Source: Antedon mediterranea (lineage: Eukaryota > Animalia > Echinodermata). From it: a stretch of 64,000 bases of DNA. Location: positions 15,853,881 to 15,917,880 of the forward strand of contig NC_092678.1 of assembly GCF_964355755.1 (NCBI RefSeq). The letters run 5' to 3'. Shown here one piece after another: positions 1 through 11,912 of the stretch. The notes under the pieces are model-generated. The model searched no databases and had not been told where the DNA came from. It was given only the letters and a program-made list of their open reading frames with translations. The position numbers and the translations under genes were made by a program. Each line of letters begins with the position of its first letter. Position 1 is the stretch's first letter.

Positions 1-813
1 ATCATGAATCAATATGGCTAACCGGACATTGTGACGTCATCGTATGGCCACACGAATGTAAAATATAGGATTTTTGTCTCTTTCGTTATTGCTCATCATA
101 TTCAATGGAGCGCATCACGCCTATCTGTATTCCTTTTTCTCTGAGATTTTAATATTGTCTAGGTCAATCAACTATCTTACGCATGAGTTAAAATATTTTA
201 ATTTTTATGACGTCACCATGCCTAAAAATTTTAATTAACAGCGTCATTAATTTCATCATTACAGTAAATTTTAATCTGTTATAGCTCGTAAGAATAAAAT
301 GTGATAATCACGATTAAAACGTTTTCAGGAAGCTATGGTATTGTAGATACGAAATCATGTGAACTTTTCGCCAATCAGATGTTGTGACGTCATCATATGG
401 CCAGTTAAATAAACAAAGTCATATTTTCATCTTTTGCGTCATAGTTCATTACATTTAAAAAAGCGCGCATTAATATTTCACGTATTCAAATTTCTTCTAA
501 ACGTTAATATGTTGTTGCTGAGATAATTTTCTTCCGAAATTACTACCTTCGCGTTTCCTTTTGAAAACTAAAATAAAATATGGGTCCCGTAATTTCACCT
601 ATTTTACACTGTTTGTGACATGTATACAGATTATACTGTGTATACTATATGACAGAAAATATACAGCATTCAGCACTAACAACACATCATATTCTTCAGT
701 TCAGGTCATAATGACATAATCTTTTTCGGTGTGCAATATTCCAACGTATGACGTGCACGTGGCGTTTGTCGTGCGGATAACTAACTCGTCAAAGTGACGA
801 GTTTCATGTCTAG
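1..813 (+). mobile_element. 3' part of a non-autonomous Helentron/HINE-type rolling-circle element (5' end outside window)
   Basis: Ends GCGGATAAC (3' subTIR), then hairpin AACTCGTC-aaagt-GACGAGTT, then CTAG-TT at 810-813; same terminus as the elements ending at 2563 and 3876. Confidence 0.7.
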
Positions 814-819
814 TTTATT

Positions 820-2563
820 GGTTATCCGCCTCAAGCGGATAAGCATTTGTTATTGTAGTGTTACTTTTTTTTTTTTTGGTTATCCGCCTCAAGCGGATAA
901 GCTCTTGTTATTGTAGTGTTACTTTTTTTTTTTTTTTTATTGGTTATCCGCCTCAAGCGGATAAGCTCTTGTTATTGTAGTGTTACTTTTTTTTTTTTTT
1001 TTATTATTCTTCTTTCTTTCTCAGATTTTGTGCACGCGTTTTCTCTTGAACGTGTTAACATAACATGTTGTAATTTGGTCAACATTTAGACATTTAACTG
1101 AAGATGTTCAGCCAAGCTTTTGGTCGCTGTCAGATCCGCGTAGCGTAAGTCACGCGCGATTTTCTGAAAATCTTAAATCGGTCATAACTTCGAAACCGAT
1201 AAATATTTTTTAACGAAATTTTCAGCCACGTTTTCTTCACATCAATGGCTAACTTTTGGAATGTTTAACAAATTTTTAGAGATAAGAAAGTTTTCGCGTA
1301 AATTGCGTTTGAAATATTTTACTCTTCTTATTTTGTGCACGCTGTTTCTCTTCAACGTGTAAACATAATATGTTGTAACTTGTTCAGCATTTAGACATTT
1401 TACTGAAGTTGTCCAGCCAAGCTTTTTGACGATGTCAGAGCCGCGTAGCGTAAGTTACGCGTGATTTTCTGAAAATCTTAAATTGGTTATAACTTCGAAA
1501 CAAATGAATATTTTTTAACGTCATTTTCAGCCACGTTTGCTTCACATCAATAGTTAACTTTTTTAACGCTACCGCAATTTGTAACATTAGAAAGTGCGCG
1601 CGTAAACGGCGTTTGAAATTTTAAAATGCTTCAAATCAATTTCTGATTAAATTAGAGCACGATTCAGGTCATTTTAAGCGTTTAAAAAATTGCTACTGGT
1701 GCGCACATTTTTACGCGCGCACGGCGCAGGGAACACGTATGAGCATTTATTTTACACGATTTGTGTTTTTAAATCTTCGGTTAACAGTTTTGCGTTATTT
1801 TATTCACTTTTCAACTTGAAATGGCGTTCTACGAGCACGTTAAACATGACAGGTTGCGCACAAAAACGTCAACAAATTGTGAAAATTTTGCAAAATATGT
1901 CTACTTTTAAAAATGAAACAGTTCATCAGAATGCAAGGTTACCCCCATTTTTTATTTTAATTTCTTGCAGTGTATGAATCATAGCTCTGATTTATTATAT
2001 TCTTGAATGTTAAAAAGTGTTTGGTGGCTACATTATTTGCATATTAAATGTAATTTTTGAAATAATTATCATCAAACAAACATAAACATATTCAAAGAGT
2101 AAAACAATAAACATAACGTTTATCTTTTTTCTTTACATGTTAATATATAAAACTTGAAAGTATGCACTTTCATAATATGTCACTGTTTAAAATTTGTGAA
2201 GATTTCATCATAGTAAAAATTATGATTTAAGTTGAGTATGTAATAATCAACTTGCATCGAGGGGGGTTCACGACATACCGAATGAACGAGGACTCTTTCT
2301 TCGGATTTTCTTCAGCTGGTGCTTATATGGCTGGATGTGTAGTGCAACCGACTTTGGTATCAGAGGTACCAGGTTCGAATCCCATAATGGGAAAACAATT
2401 AATTAAAAGGATTTATTTGGTTATTACACTGAAAGGGCAGTTAATTTTGAATAGGCTAATTTTTTTGGAAAAGTCATAACTGAGAAGTACTTTAATACGC
2501 AAGATACGTTTTGTTGCGGGCGGATAACCAAACTCGTCCTCAAGTGACGAGTTTAAGTTCTAG
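820..2563 (+). mobile_element. HINE family A element, preceded by two extra 5' heads
   Basis: 5' head GGTTATCCGC-ctcaa-GCGGATAA (subTIR plus palindrome) occurs at 820, 878 and 942, separated by T-tracts. 3' end is GCGGATAACC + hairpin AACTCGTC..GACGAGTT + CTAG-TT. Internal ~305-bp tandem duplication (~1025-1330 and ~1330-1620). Confidence 0.8.
2321..2391 (+). pseudogene. tRNA-derived segment (Pol III A/B boxes) inside HINE A
   Basis: A-box-like TGGCTGGATGTG, anticodon-like loop CTTTGGT, B box GGTTCGAATCC; acceptor stem does not pair. Confidence 0.6.
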
Positions 2564-2565
2564 TT

Positions 2566-3876
2566 GGTTATCCGCCTCAAGCGGATAAGCCCTTGGAATT
2601 GTAGTGTTACTTTTTTTTTATTATTCTTCTCTATTTCCGCCGATTTTTGTGTTCAGCTTTTCTCTGCAACCTGTTAACATAACATGTTGTAACTTGGTAA
2701 ACATTTAGACATTTAGCTGAAGATGTGCAGCCAAGCTTTTGGACGCTGGCAGAGCCGCGTAGCGTAAGTTACGCGCGATTTTCAGAAAATCCTAAGTTGA
2801 TCATAACTTCGAAACATATGAATATTTTTTAACGTAATTTTCAGCCATGTTTGCTTCACATCAATTGCTAACTTTTTTATCGCTACCGAAATGTGTAACA
2901 TTGGAAAGTGCGCGAGTAAACGGCTTTTGAAATTTTAAAATGCTCCAAATCAATTTCTGATTAAATTAGAGCACGATTCAGGTCATTTTAAGGGTTTGAA
3001 AAATTGCCACCAGGTGCGCACATTTTTACGTGCGCACGGCGCAGGGAACACGTATGAGCATTTCTTTTGCACGAGTTGTGTTTTTCAATCTTCGGTTAAC
3101 AATTTTACGTTATTTTAATCACTATTCAACTTGAAATGACGTTCTACGAGCACATTAAACATGACTGGTTGCGCACGTAAAATGTTGAAAAAATTTGAAA
3201 ATGTTGCAAAAATATGTATACTTTTAAAAATGATACAGTTCATCAGAATGCAAGGTTACCCCCATTTTTTATTTTATTTTCTTGCAGTGTATGAATCATA
3301 GGTCTGATTTATTATAGTGTCGAATGTTAAAAGGTGTTTGGTGGCTACATTATTTGCATATTAAATATAATTTTTGAAATTTTTATCATCAAACAAACAT
3401 AAACATTTTCGAAGAGCAAAATAACAAACATAACGTTTATCTTTTTTCTTCACATGTTAATATATAAAACTTAAAAGTATGCACTTTCATAATATGTCAC
3501 TGTTTAAAATTTGTGAAGATTTCTTCATAGTAAAAATTATGATTTAGTTTGATAAGTAATAATCTATTTGCATCGAGTGGTTCACGACATACCGAATGAA
3601 CGAGTAAACTTTCGTCGGATTTTCTTCAGCAGGTGCTCATATGGCTCGATGTGTAGTGCCACCGACTTTGGTATCAGAGGTACCGGGATCGAGTCCCGTC
3701 ACGGGAAAACAATTTAATAAAAGGATTTATTTGGTTGTTACACTGAAAAGGCAGTTTTAATTTCGAATTGGCTACTTTTTGGAAAAGCCATAACTGAAAA
3801 GTACTTGAATGCGCTAGATACGTTTTGTGGCGGGCGGATAACCAAACTCGTCCTCAAGTGACGAGTTCAGATCTAG
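2566..3876 (+). mobile_element. HINE family A element, second copy, head-to-tail with the first
   Basis: Same 5' head at 2566 and same subTIR/hairpin/CTAG end at 3834-3876; body colinear with 942-2563 but lacks the internal duplication. Confidence 0.8.
3635..3705 (+). pseudogene. tRNA-derived segment inside second HINE A copy
   Basis: TGGCTCGATGTG ... GGATCGAGTCCC, homologous to 2321-2391. Confidence 0.55.
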
Positions 3877-3878
3877 TT

Positions 3879-4859
3879 CTTATTCTTATTATTTATTTCT
3901 CTCTGTACAGATTTTGTGTAACAAATATCTCAAAAAGTTTAATGTTAATGATTACCAAAATTTCACAATGTCTTTCAAATACGTTAACTTAGTCCTAATA
4001 AGCTTTTCAGCGTGATCACTCATCCGTGACGTCACGTATACGCCATTTTGTGAAATCACATTATCAATCATATCTCCATAATTCATTATCACATATTAAT
4101 GAAAATCACTACACGTAAACTTGAGGTCAAGGTAAAAAATATTAGCAAATAAAAACTCGGGCGTTTCAAGGTCATGCGCGTAAAATCGCGCGTTGAAATT
4201 TTAAAAAGCTCAAAATTTAGTTTTTATCAATTTAGAGCATGAAATAGGCCATTTGCGTGTTTAAAAAAATTACTGCGCAAAAACACATTTTTGCGCACGC
4301 GATTTTTAAAAAGGGTAAAAAATAAAATTTGATGTATACATCATATTCTACTCACAATCCTTAGTACATTCTCCGACTTTGAGTCCATTCCGACTTAAAA
4401 TAACGCTATACGAGCACGTTAAAAATGACAAAATCCGCACATTAATTGTACAAAAGTGCTAAAAATGGTAAAAAATAAGGCCTTTTTAAAATGAATATAA
4501 CTCTTCAGAATGGCAGGTGACCCCCACTTTTTTTAACTTATTATGGAAGCCAATAAGTTGTAGATATAAATATATATACATATTAGACGTACAAAATGAT
4601 ATGACGTCATCAAATGGCCACTTGAATTTAAAAATTAGTAATTATTATCTTTTTGTGTGGGTTATCACATTCAATAGAGCGCATCTCCGTTATATGGCAT
4701 ATAATAGGCACAACTCAGTACTATAGCGTATAATAGGATGGCATACATCAACATTTTCCTATCGTATGTTAACGTACGTACATGTTTAAAAAAAATTAAT
4801 TTCATTAAAATGATAAAATGATCACCTATAATTCGTCAAAGTGACGAATTAAATTCTAG
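3879..4859 (+). mobile_element. Headless body and 3' end of a related HINE (different subTIR)
   Basis: Ends ATGATCACCT + hairpin AATTCGTC-aaagt-GACGAATT + CTAG-TT; shares central core motifs (TTAGAGCA.., TATACGAGCACGTTAA..TGACA) with family A. Confidence 0.65.
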
Positions 4860-4860
4860 T

Positions 4861-5195
4861 TTGTTATAAGTATTGTCTCTGGTCTCTGCAGCAAGGGCAT
4901 ATATTCTACAAATTCAGATTCGACTAAACATTTTAGAAATGTAATGTGATGGTTGCATACAAACATTTCAGAATTACAGAAAAGCAATGATGGAATGATG
5001 ATATATTTGCAGTGTAGCACGTGAAAGTATTTTTCCTTCTCTGGGCCTATGATTGCAGAATGTGAACGAAAACATCAGTATACATTTAGTTGTTATTGTT
5101 CACAGTCATACCACCGTAACGCTTCACTTTAATTAACAGACTCTAACGTACCGTCATTTTACAAGTAAGATTTAACAGTTAAACCTACCGTTAAA
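4861..5195. repeat. Intronic segment duplicated at 9131-9389 + 9790-9863 + 22423-22427; this copy is the empty site
   Basis: Near-identical sequence; the second copy is split by two LTR insertions. Confidence 0.9.
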
Positions 5196-5269
5196 TTTAT
5201 AATTTCACAATTAACATTATTTATTTGAGTTTTTACAAGTAAGACAAAAAAAGGGAATAAAACACTTAC

Positions 5270-5341
5270 AGTGTAACCAACGATGTCAAACCAACAAATG
5301 CATTTTCAGCCAATGTAGAAATGCCGTTACGTTCTAAATAC
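5270..5341 (-). CDS. 72-bp leucine-rich-repeat exon of a CUB-LRRNT-LRR protein gene
   Basis: Minus strand ttttgaag|..|gtaagt; phase 2-2; translates (L)YLERNGISTLAENAFVGLTSLVTL, a typical 24-aa extracellular LRR. Confidence 0.9.
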
Positions 5342-5985
5342 CTTCAAAATAAAAATAGTTGGCTAATAACAGTTCACGAGTTGAGGTTTTCTTCTTTGGA
5401 GAAAATAGTTACAGTTTGGTGTGCATGTCAGTGGATGAAATAGTGATCGTAAAATAATTTATCTGTATTGTACTATTATTGTGTATTACTGTACGTGTCA
5501 GTGAAAATTAAAGAGAGTCAATAACGGTACAAACGTTTACATTTTATTAAAATTAAAATACATAATGTATCGATTGAGTATCTAGTACGTCAGGAATAGG
5601 TTGTTAGTTTATATAGTCGCTAACAGGGACAACATAAGACGGAGAAATAACATTTTAATATATCTTAAAGGCAATTGATAAATAATCAATCCCTTACTAT
5701 AGCAGAAACGTAGCAAGAATGTGTAACTAATTTGTTATGAAATATAGAAAAAATAGTACATGTTTAGACTCAAACCAACACAGCAATCTGAGGGTAGCCT
5801 GCAATAATTAAAGTATAACTAAACGATAAAGAAAGAAATGTATACAGAAGATCGATATTATCTGATAGCTCGCTCGATGAGATCAAACGGTGCCTTTACA
5901 CACACTCACACATTAATTCAATTCAAGGATTTTTTTTTAAAATTATGAATAATCAAGTGCCAAAATAAGAATAAATTGTATAAAA

Positions 5986-6540
5986 CTAGATGGTACGCTC
6001 GCTTCGCTCGCGTACCATCTAGGTCGTGCCCACAGATGGTTCTCGAATACATAATAATTTAAGCGTTAACAAATTGGCGATTTCAAATGTACGTACCGCA
6101 GGACAATAATACATGTCGTTTACAGGAACGAATAAATAGACACTGTGATTTATGTACTGAACTAAAATTAGCACCCTGGGAATTACTTCCGAAAGAGAAA
6201 CTTGTCACAAAATGAGACCAATTGTTTAAGTCAAATTTAAACAAACTTAATTTGTGTTTTGTATGTAACATTAGGGTTGAGGGATGGGAAAGGAGATGGG
6301 TGCAAAGAGGAACAATTTTTAAATATATTCTTTTTCCATCTATCGAAATATTAATTGTTTTCATGTTTTACAAATAATATACCACTAAACACAGTAAAAC
6401 ATTGCGATGTAATACTTTGTTGAAACTATCACCGTCCTAGTCGATTGAAATAGTATAGTACATGTAACGATACATCACTACGACGTGTATAATATGTTTA
6501 TATAATGTAAAACAATTTGTGAAAACCACCCCTATTCGAT
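5986..6540 (-). mobile_element. Non-autonomous Helitron-like element (family C)
   Basis: Terminal CTAG with hairpin AGATGGTACGC..GCGTACCATCT; inverted copy at 60576-61135. Confidence 0.65.
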
Positions 6541-6685
6541 ACCGTTTGTTATCTAGATTAATAATAATATGTACATATTATTCGTTATTTAGTGCCTTTG
6601 ATTCTGACATCCGTTAGTTAGGGGTTAACCCACTGTGTATAACAGTGCCTGTTTCCGTGGTTGTTAATTGCGCGGCGCAAAGCTG

Positions 6686-7395
6686 TTTTTAGTCGCGTGG
6701 AAGCGACTCTATAGTTCACTATGTCGGTCGGTTGGTCGGTCTGTCTGTCGGTCTGTCTGTCTGTCTGTCGGTCTGTCGGTCCGGTATCACTATGCGTTTT
6801 TTCGCTTTCTGACCTTATCTTGATATCAGTTTAATAGCTAGGTCAATTTTTCACAGTATATTCCTTATGGCCAGGAATCAATGTGGTTATGTTTTCACGG
6901 TGCGCAATAATAAATCATCATATGGCAATACAATTACGTGCATAGCGCATGTAACGCATGCGTACGCGTGCTTACAATTTTCAAAATTTCTTTCCGATGA
7001 AATAAGAGTACGTTTCAGGCAATTTTAAGCGTTTACAAAATTGCCATGAGTGCGCATACTTTTGCGCACGCACTGCGCGTTAAATGTTATTGCGCACTCT
7101 TTTTGCCCGATTTCTGTTTTCTTGACTTACTTTTCAACTCGAAATTACGTTATACGAGCACGTCAAAAGTGACAGGCTACGCACGTGTAAATTAAAAAAA
7201 TATAAATGTTTTTAAACATTTCAACATTTTTAAACATTTTCAGTAATTTCGATCAGTATAGTTCACTATGTCGGTCGGTCGGTCTGTCTGTCTGTCGGTC
7301 TGTCGGTCTTTCTGTCGGTCTGTCTGTCGGTCTTTCTGTCGGTCCGGTATCACTATGCATTGTAGCACGCGACTTAATGGCTGTTGGCCTTGTTT
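6686..7395 (+). mobile_element. DINE-1-like HINE family B, internally deleted copy
   Basis: TTTTT-AGTCGCGTG (subTIR)..GCGACT, two GTCT/GTCG microsatellite blocks, 3' CACGCGACT + hairpin GGCTGTTGGCC + TTGTT; lacks ~115 bp present in the other copies. Confidence 0.85.
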
Positions 7396-8060
7396 AATTG
7401 AGGTTTTGTCAGTTCTGTTCTCCCAACATTGTATTGTTTTATTTGTTACTCTTTGAGATAGTGAAAAAATGAGGGAAGTTTTGTAAACACATTTGTTATA
7501 CAATTCGAACGAGTGCACGATGTATCGTATTTCTTTTCTTTATTATACATAAAAATACAAAAATACATAGTCCAAGATGGCATGGAATGTTTAAAATATA
7601 GCTTTGACCCTCAGGCCGGTCACTCCGTAAATGTACCGTAATGTATTAACCAATTTATGGAATTTACGTACTGAAAATAAGCCACGGACTGAAATCGTGG
7701 TTTTGTGTGGATGGTGCTAATTGGAATGATTCGTTTACGCTAGTCCTATATTTTTACAATTAACTACTTTTTTCTAAAGGATCCCATAAAAAGCTTCCAA
7801 AGGAAATTTCACACCTTCATCATTATGTAAACGTTGCTACGAGAAAAGGCACTATATGGAAATGTTAAAATGCTTATACAGAAAAGAGATGTGCAGTCAT
7901 TAGTCGGTCACGAAATGATACAACATGATCTAAAGCTATAATTTACGAACGTAGGAAGCCTCAAAATGAAATGATACGCACATATCTTAGTGCCTTTAAT
8001 TGTGATATTCATTAGGCCTACATTAGGTCTGGGTTTACCCACTGTGCAACTGTAGTGCTG

Positions 8061-8880
8061 TTTTTAGTCGCGTGGAAGCGACTCTATAGTTCACTATGTC
8101 GGTCGGTCGGTCGGTCTGTCTGTCGGTCTGTCTGTCGGTCTGTCTGTCGGTCTGTCTGTCTGTCTGTCGGTCCGGTATCACTATGCGTTTTATCGCTTTA
8201 TGACCTTATCTTGATATCAGTTTAATCTAGCTAAGTCAATTTTTAACAGAATATTCCTTATGGCCAGGAATCGATGTGGTTATGTTTTCACGGTGCGCAA
8301 AAAAAAATTACGCGGTCTACGCACGATTTAACGAAATCACGTTTGTAATCATATCTTCACAACCATGAATCACAATTAAATAAAATTTGGTACTCATAAA
8401 TTTCAGGGCATAAATCATCATATGGCAATACAATTACGTGCGTAGCGCATGTAACGCATGCGTAAGCGCGCTTAAAATTTTCAAAATTTATTTTCGATGA
8501 AATAAGAGTACGTTTCAGGCAATTTTAAGCGTTTACAAAATTGCCATGAGTGCGCAGATTTTTGCGCGCGCACTGCGCGTTAAATGTTATTGCGCACTCT
8601 TCTTGCCCGATTTCTGTTTTCTTGACTTACTTTTCAACTCGAAATTACGTTATATGAGCACGTCAAAAGTGACAGGCTACGCACGTGTAAATTAAAAAAA
8701 TATAAATGTTTTTAAACATTTCAACATTTTTAAACATGTTCAGTAATTTCGGTCAGTATAGTTCACTATGTCGGTCGGTCCGTCTGTCTGTCGGTCTGTC
8801 TGTCTGTCGGTCTGTTTGTCTGTCGGTCCGGTATCACTATGCATTGTAGCACGCGACTTAATGGCTGTTGGCCTTGTTTT
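8061..8880 (+). mobile_element. HINE family B, full copy
   Basis: Same termini and microsatellites as the copies at 6686, 25209 and 51095. Confidence 0.85.
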
Positions 8881-9389
8881 ATTCTTTGGTTCGCTTCTTC
8901 CAGGATAATTATTGTTTATTTATTTAACCTATAGAATGTCCATAAGAATACAAACGTTAGGATATTGATATGAAAAAAAAATGTAAAGTTTATCGATAAA
9001 GTAGATCAATGGATTTTTGTCTAGATATGGTAGTTTTCTTAGGATTACGAAGTATTTTTTCCTTTGGTTAAGGGGATTGGTCGACATAATGTTAGGATTT
9101 TAAAAATTTATATGATTAAGCTTTGTCATTTGTTATAAGTATTGTCTCTGGTCTCTGTAGCAAGGGCATATATTCTACAAATTCAGATTCGACTAAACAT
9201 TGTTGAAATGTAATCTGATGTTTGTATACAAATATTTCAGAATTACAGAAAAGCAATGGTGGAATGATGATATAATTTATTTGCAGTGTAGCACGTGGAA
9301 GTATTTTTCCTTCTCTGGGCCTATGATGGCAGAATGTGAACGAAAACATCAGTATACATTTAGTTGTTATTGTTCACAGTCATACCACC

Positions 9390-9784
9390 TGTAGTGAATA
9401 TTTTAGTTGGTTCCGAGCTTTCTCAGGCGTATATATAACTCCACGCGACGTACACTGTCACTGAATGATAACTCATACAAAAAGTATATTTAACTCAACT
9501 AGAACTTTTATTCCTTGTAACTCGATTAATACATCTTTCTACCAGTCAAGCCTTATTTTCTTTATCATCTTTCCGTATATCTACTTTGATCTTATTCTCT
9601 CCTCCTTTTTCTAATATCTATTACATTCTACTTTTATACTGAACATGCACATTTTAGGCTTCAGAGGAGGATAACATTTTCCCTCCAAAAGTTATACGAT
9701 ATTGATTGGCTAATAATATTAGGCGGACCTGATCTAAAGCATCCTTATCTAAACACAGAGAATCAGAACATAAATAATATGACA
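9390..9784 (-). mobile_element. Solo LTR of the Gmr1-type family
   Basis: TG...CA ends, flanked by 5-bp TSD CCACC (9385-9389, 9785-9789); reverse complement matches the LTR at 16562-16966; empty site at ~5111. Confidence 0.92.
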
Positions 9785-10087
9785 CCACCATAACGCTTCA
9801 CTTTAATTAACAGACTCTGACGTACCGTCATTTTACAAGTAAGATTTAACAGTTAAACCTACCTGTAGAACTATATAGCATATCATATCTGACCGCACCT
9901 AATTATAGTAGTGAGCCCTCTATAGTTTAATCAATATGAGCAACCCCTAATGAATACCCCTATATATGACCATGCTCTCTCTCTCTGCATGCGGATTCTT
10001 TGTACACACAAGTAACTAATAAAATACAATCATATCAATCAGTTATAACTTAGTCCGGCTAATATATTTTATCAGTGAGAGCTTACA

Positions 10088-10102
10088 TGGTGTCAGTGGG
10101 AT
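10088..10102 (+). promoter_or_regulatory. Primer binding site, tRNA-Leu-like
   Basis: TGGTGTCAGTGGGAT directly after the 5' LTR, resembling the complement of a tRNA-Leu 3' end (TGGTGTCAGAAGTGGGAT) with a 3-nt gap. Confidence 0.7.
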
Positions 10103-10113
10103 ATAGAAACAGG

Positions 10114-11890
10114 CAACCAAAGGAAGCAACGTTTGACGAAATTTGCGCCTTGTTAGCCGAACATTTCACGCTACACAGAAACATGATTGTTGCAAGATAT
10201 CAATTTAATAGTCGGTCACGTCAAAAACAATAGTCAATTGCATCGTATATTGCAGCTCTCAGAGACATCGCCAAGGACTGTAAGTATGAACAGACATTAG
10301 AAGAAATGCTTAGGTACCGTCTCGTTTGTGGTATAAACAATGATAAAATCCAAAAAGGCTTACTAGCTCAAGGTGAGAAACTGACCTACAAAAAAGCCAT
10401 AGAGGTAGCTCAGTCTGTCGAAATTGCGGATGAACAGTATAGCATCATAGACGCAAGTGCACAGTCCCAGATAGATTCGTTCCAAATGAACCATAATAAA
10501 CAACATAAATTTAACAGGATGAAACCCAGGTCCGGTCAATAGACAAGGTCAATACAAAAGCCCAGGTCTAGGCCCACGTACAAATTGTCGAAATTGTGGT
10601 ACTAAACACCCACCGAGAAGTTGCCCAGCCTACGGTAAGGAATGTAGAGCCTGTCACAAACACAATCATTACGCCCAGTTCTGTCGGTCTAAGCCCCAAA
10701 TGATACACACACTAACTGAGGAATATGATTATGTTGACGACGATTATTAGTATGATGGTGATGAACAATTAGAAACTGTAATTGAAAACTTTGTTATTGA
10801 CAATGTTAACGTTCCTAATTCGAACAATGAGATAAGCTTAAAAATAAGTATTAATCGTGAAAGTATTACGCTGAAACTAGACACAGGAGCTAAGTGTTAC
10901 GTAATGTCGCTAACAACATTCAAACGCGTCGCTAAGACTGAATGCATAAACCAGTCAAAGAAAACTACTTTGATATCATTTGGTGGCACTGAAATTGCCA
11001 GCGAAGGTGTTACAACACTACAGTGTCATGGAAGCACACCAGACACATACAGTATGATCTTCAATTTCATGTCATCAACAAGCCTGTGCAGACACTGCTA
11101 GGCCTACGCGATTGTTTACGCATGGGTTTGATATCGTTAGGTACAGATGTGTACCAGATCAGTCATACAGACATGAACCCATTCAATGAATACCCGGATT
11201 TATTTCATAGTGCGCTAGGTAAGCTGCCAGTCACATACTCAATGACAGTCGATAAAGCTATTGTGCCAGTAGTTCGCCCGCCACGTCGAGTACCAGCGGC
11301 TATGCAAACAAAAGTGGAAACTGAACTGAAACGGATGACTAAACTTGGAGTCATCGCACCAATCTCCAAGCCAACGAGATGGGTCTCATCCATGGTTGCG
11401 ACACGCAAGCAAAACTCTGAAGAAATAAGACTTTGTATAGATCCGCGTGATTTAAATAAAGCGCTCAAACGACCACACCACCCGACAAAGACTGTTGAAG
11501 AAGTAGCAGCCAACATGAAAGGTGCTACCATCTTCTCCATACTAGATGCCAAATCCTCGTTCTGGCAGATACCGCTAGACCACAAGTCATTTATTCTCAC
11601 AACGTTTAGCACACCTCATGGTCGTTATCAATATCTAAGAATGCCATTTGGTCTAAATTCATCATCGGACGTCTACCAAAGTGCTATGAACCAGCTATTC
11701 GCTGAAAAACCTTGTTCTATCATAGTTGATGACATTTTGATTGAGGAAGAACCAAGCTGGAACACGACGCAAATCTCAAGAGTGTCCTTGACCGCGCACG
11801 ACAGCTTAATTTAAAGCTCAACCCTAACAAATGTAAATTTGGTGTTCAGAATGTTAACTATGTTGGTCACACGTTTACTTTGGATGGTTT
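10114..11890 (+). pseudogene. Outer Gypsy gag-protease-RT remnant
   Basis: Gag (LRYRLVCGI; CRNCG..H..C knuckle), protease LDTGA at ~10880, RT IRLCIDPRDLN, LDAKSSFWQIPL, RMPFGL, IVDDIL; stops and frameshifts; cut off after GHTFTLDGL. Confidence 0.9.
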
Positions 11891-11912
11891 GGGTAAAAAT
11901 ATAGATAAGACT

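Noticed and set aside
2321-2391. Functional tRNA gene
   Set aside because: Acceptor and anticodon stems do not pair fully, and it is embedded in a repeat.
7206-7518. ORFs with SVGL/QTDR repeats (also 25822-26111)
   Set aside because: Translations of the GTCT/GTCG microsatellite in HINE B.
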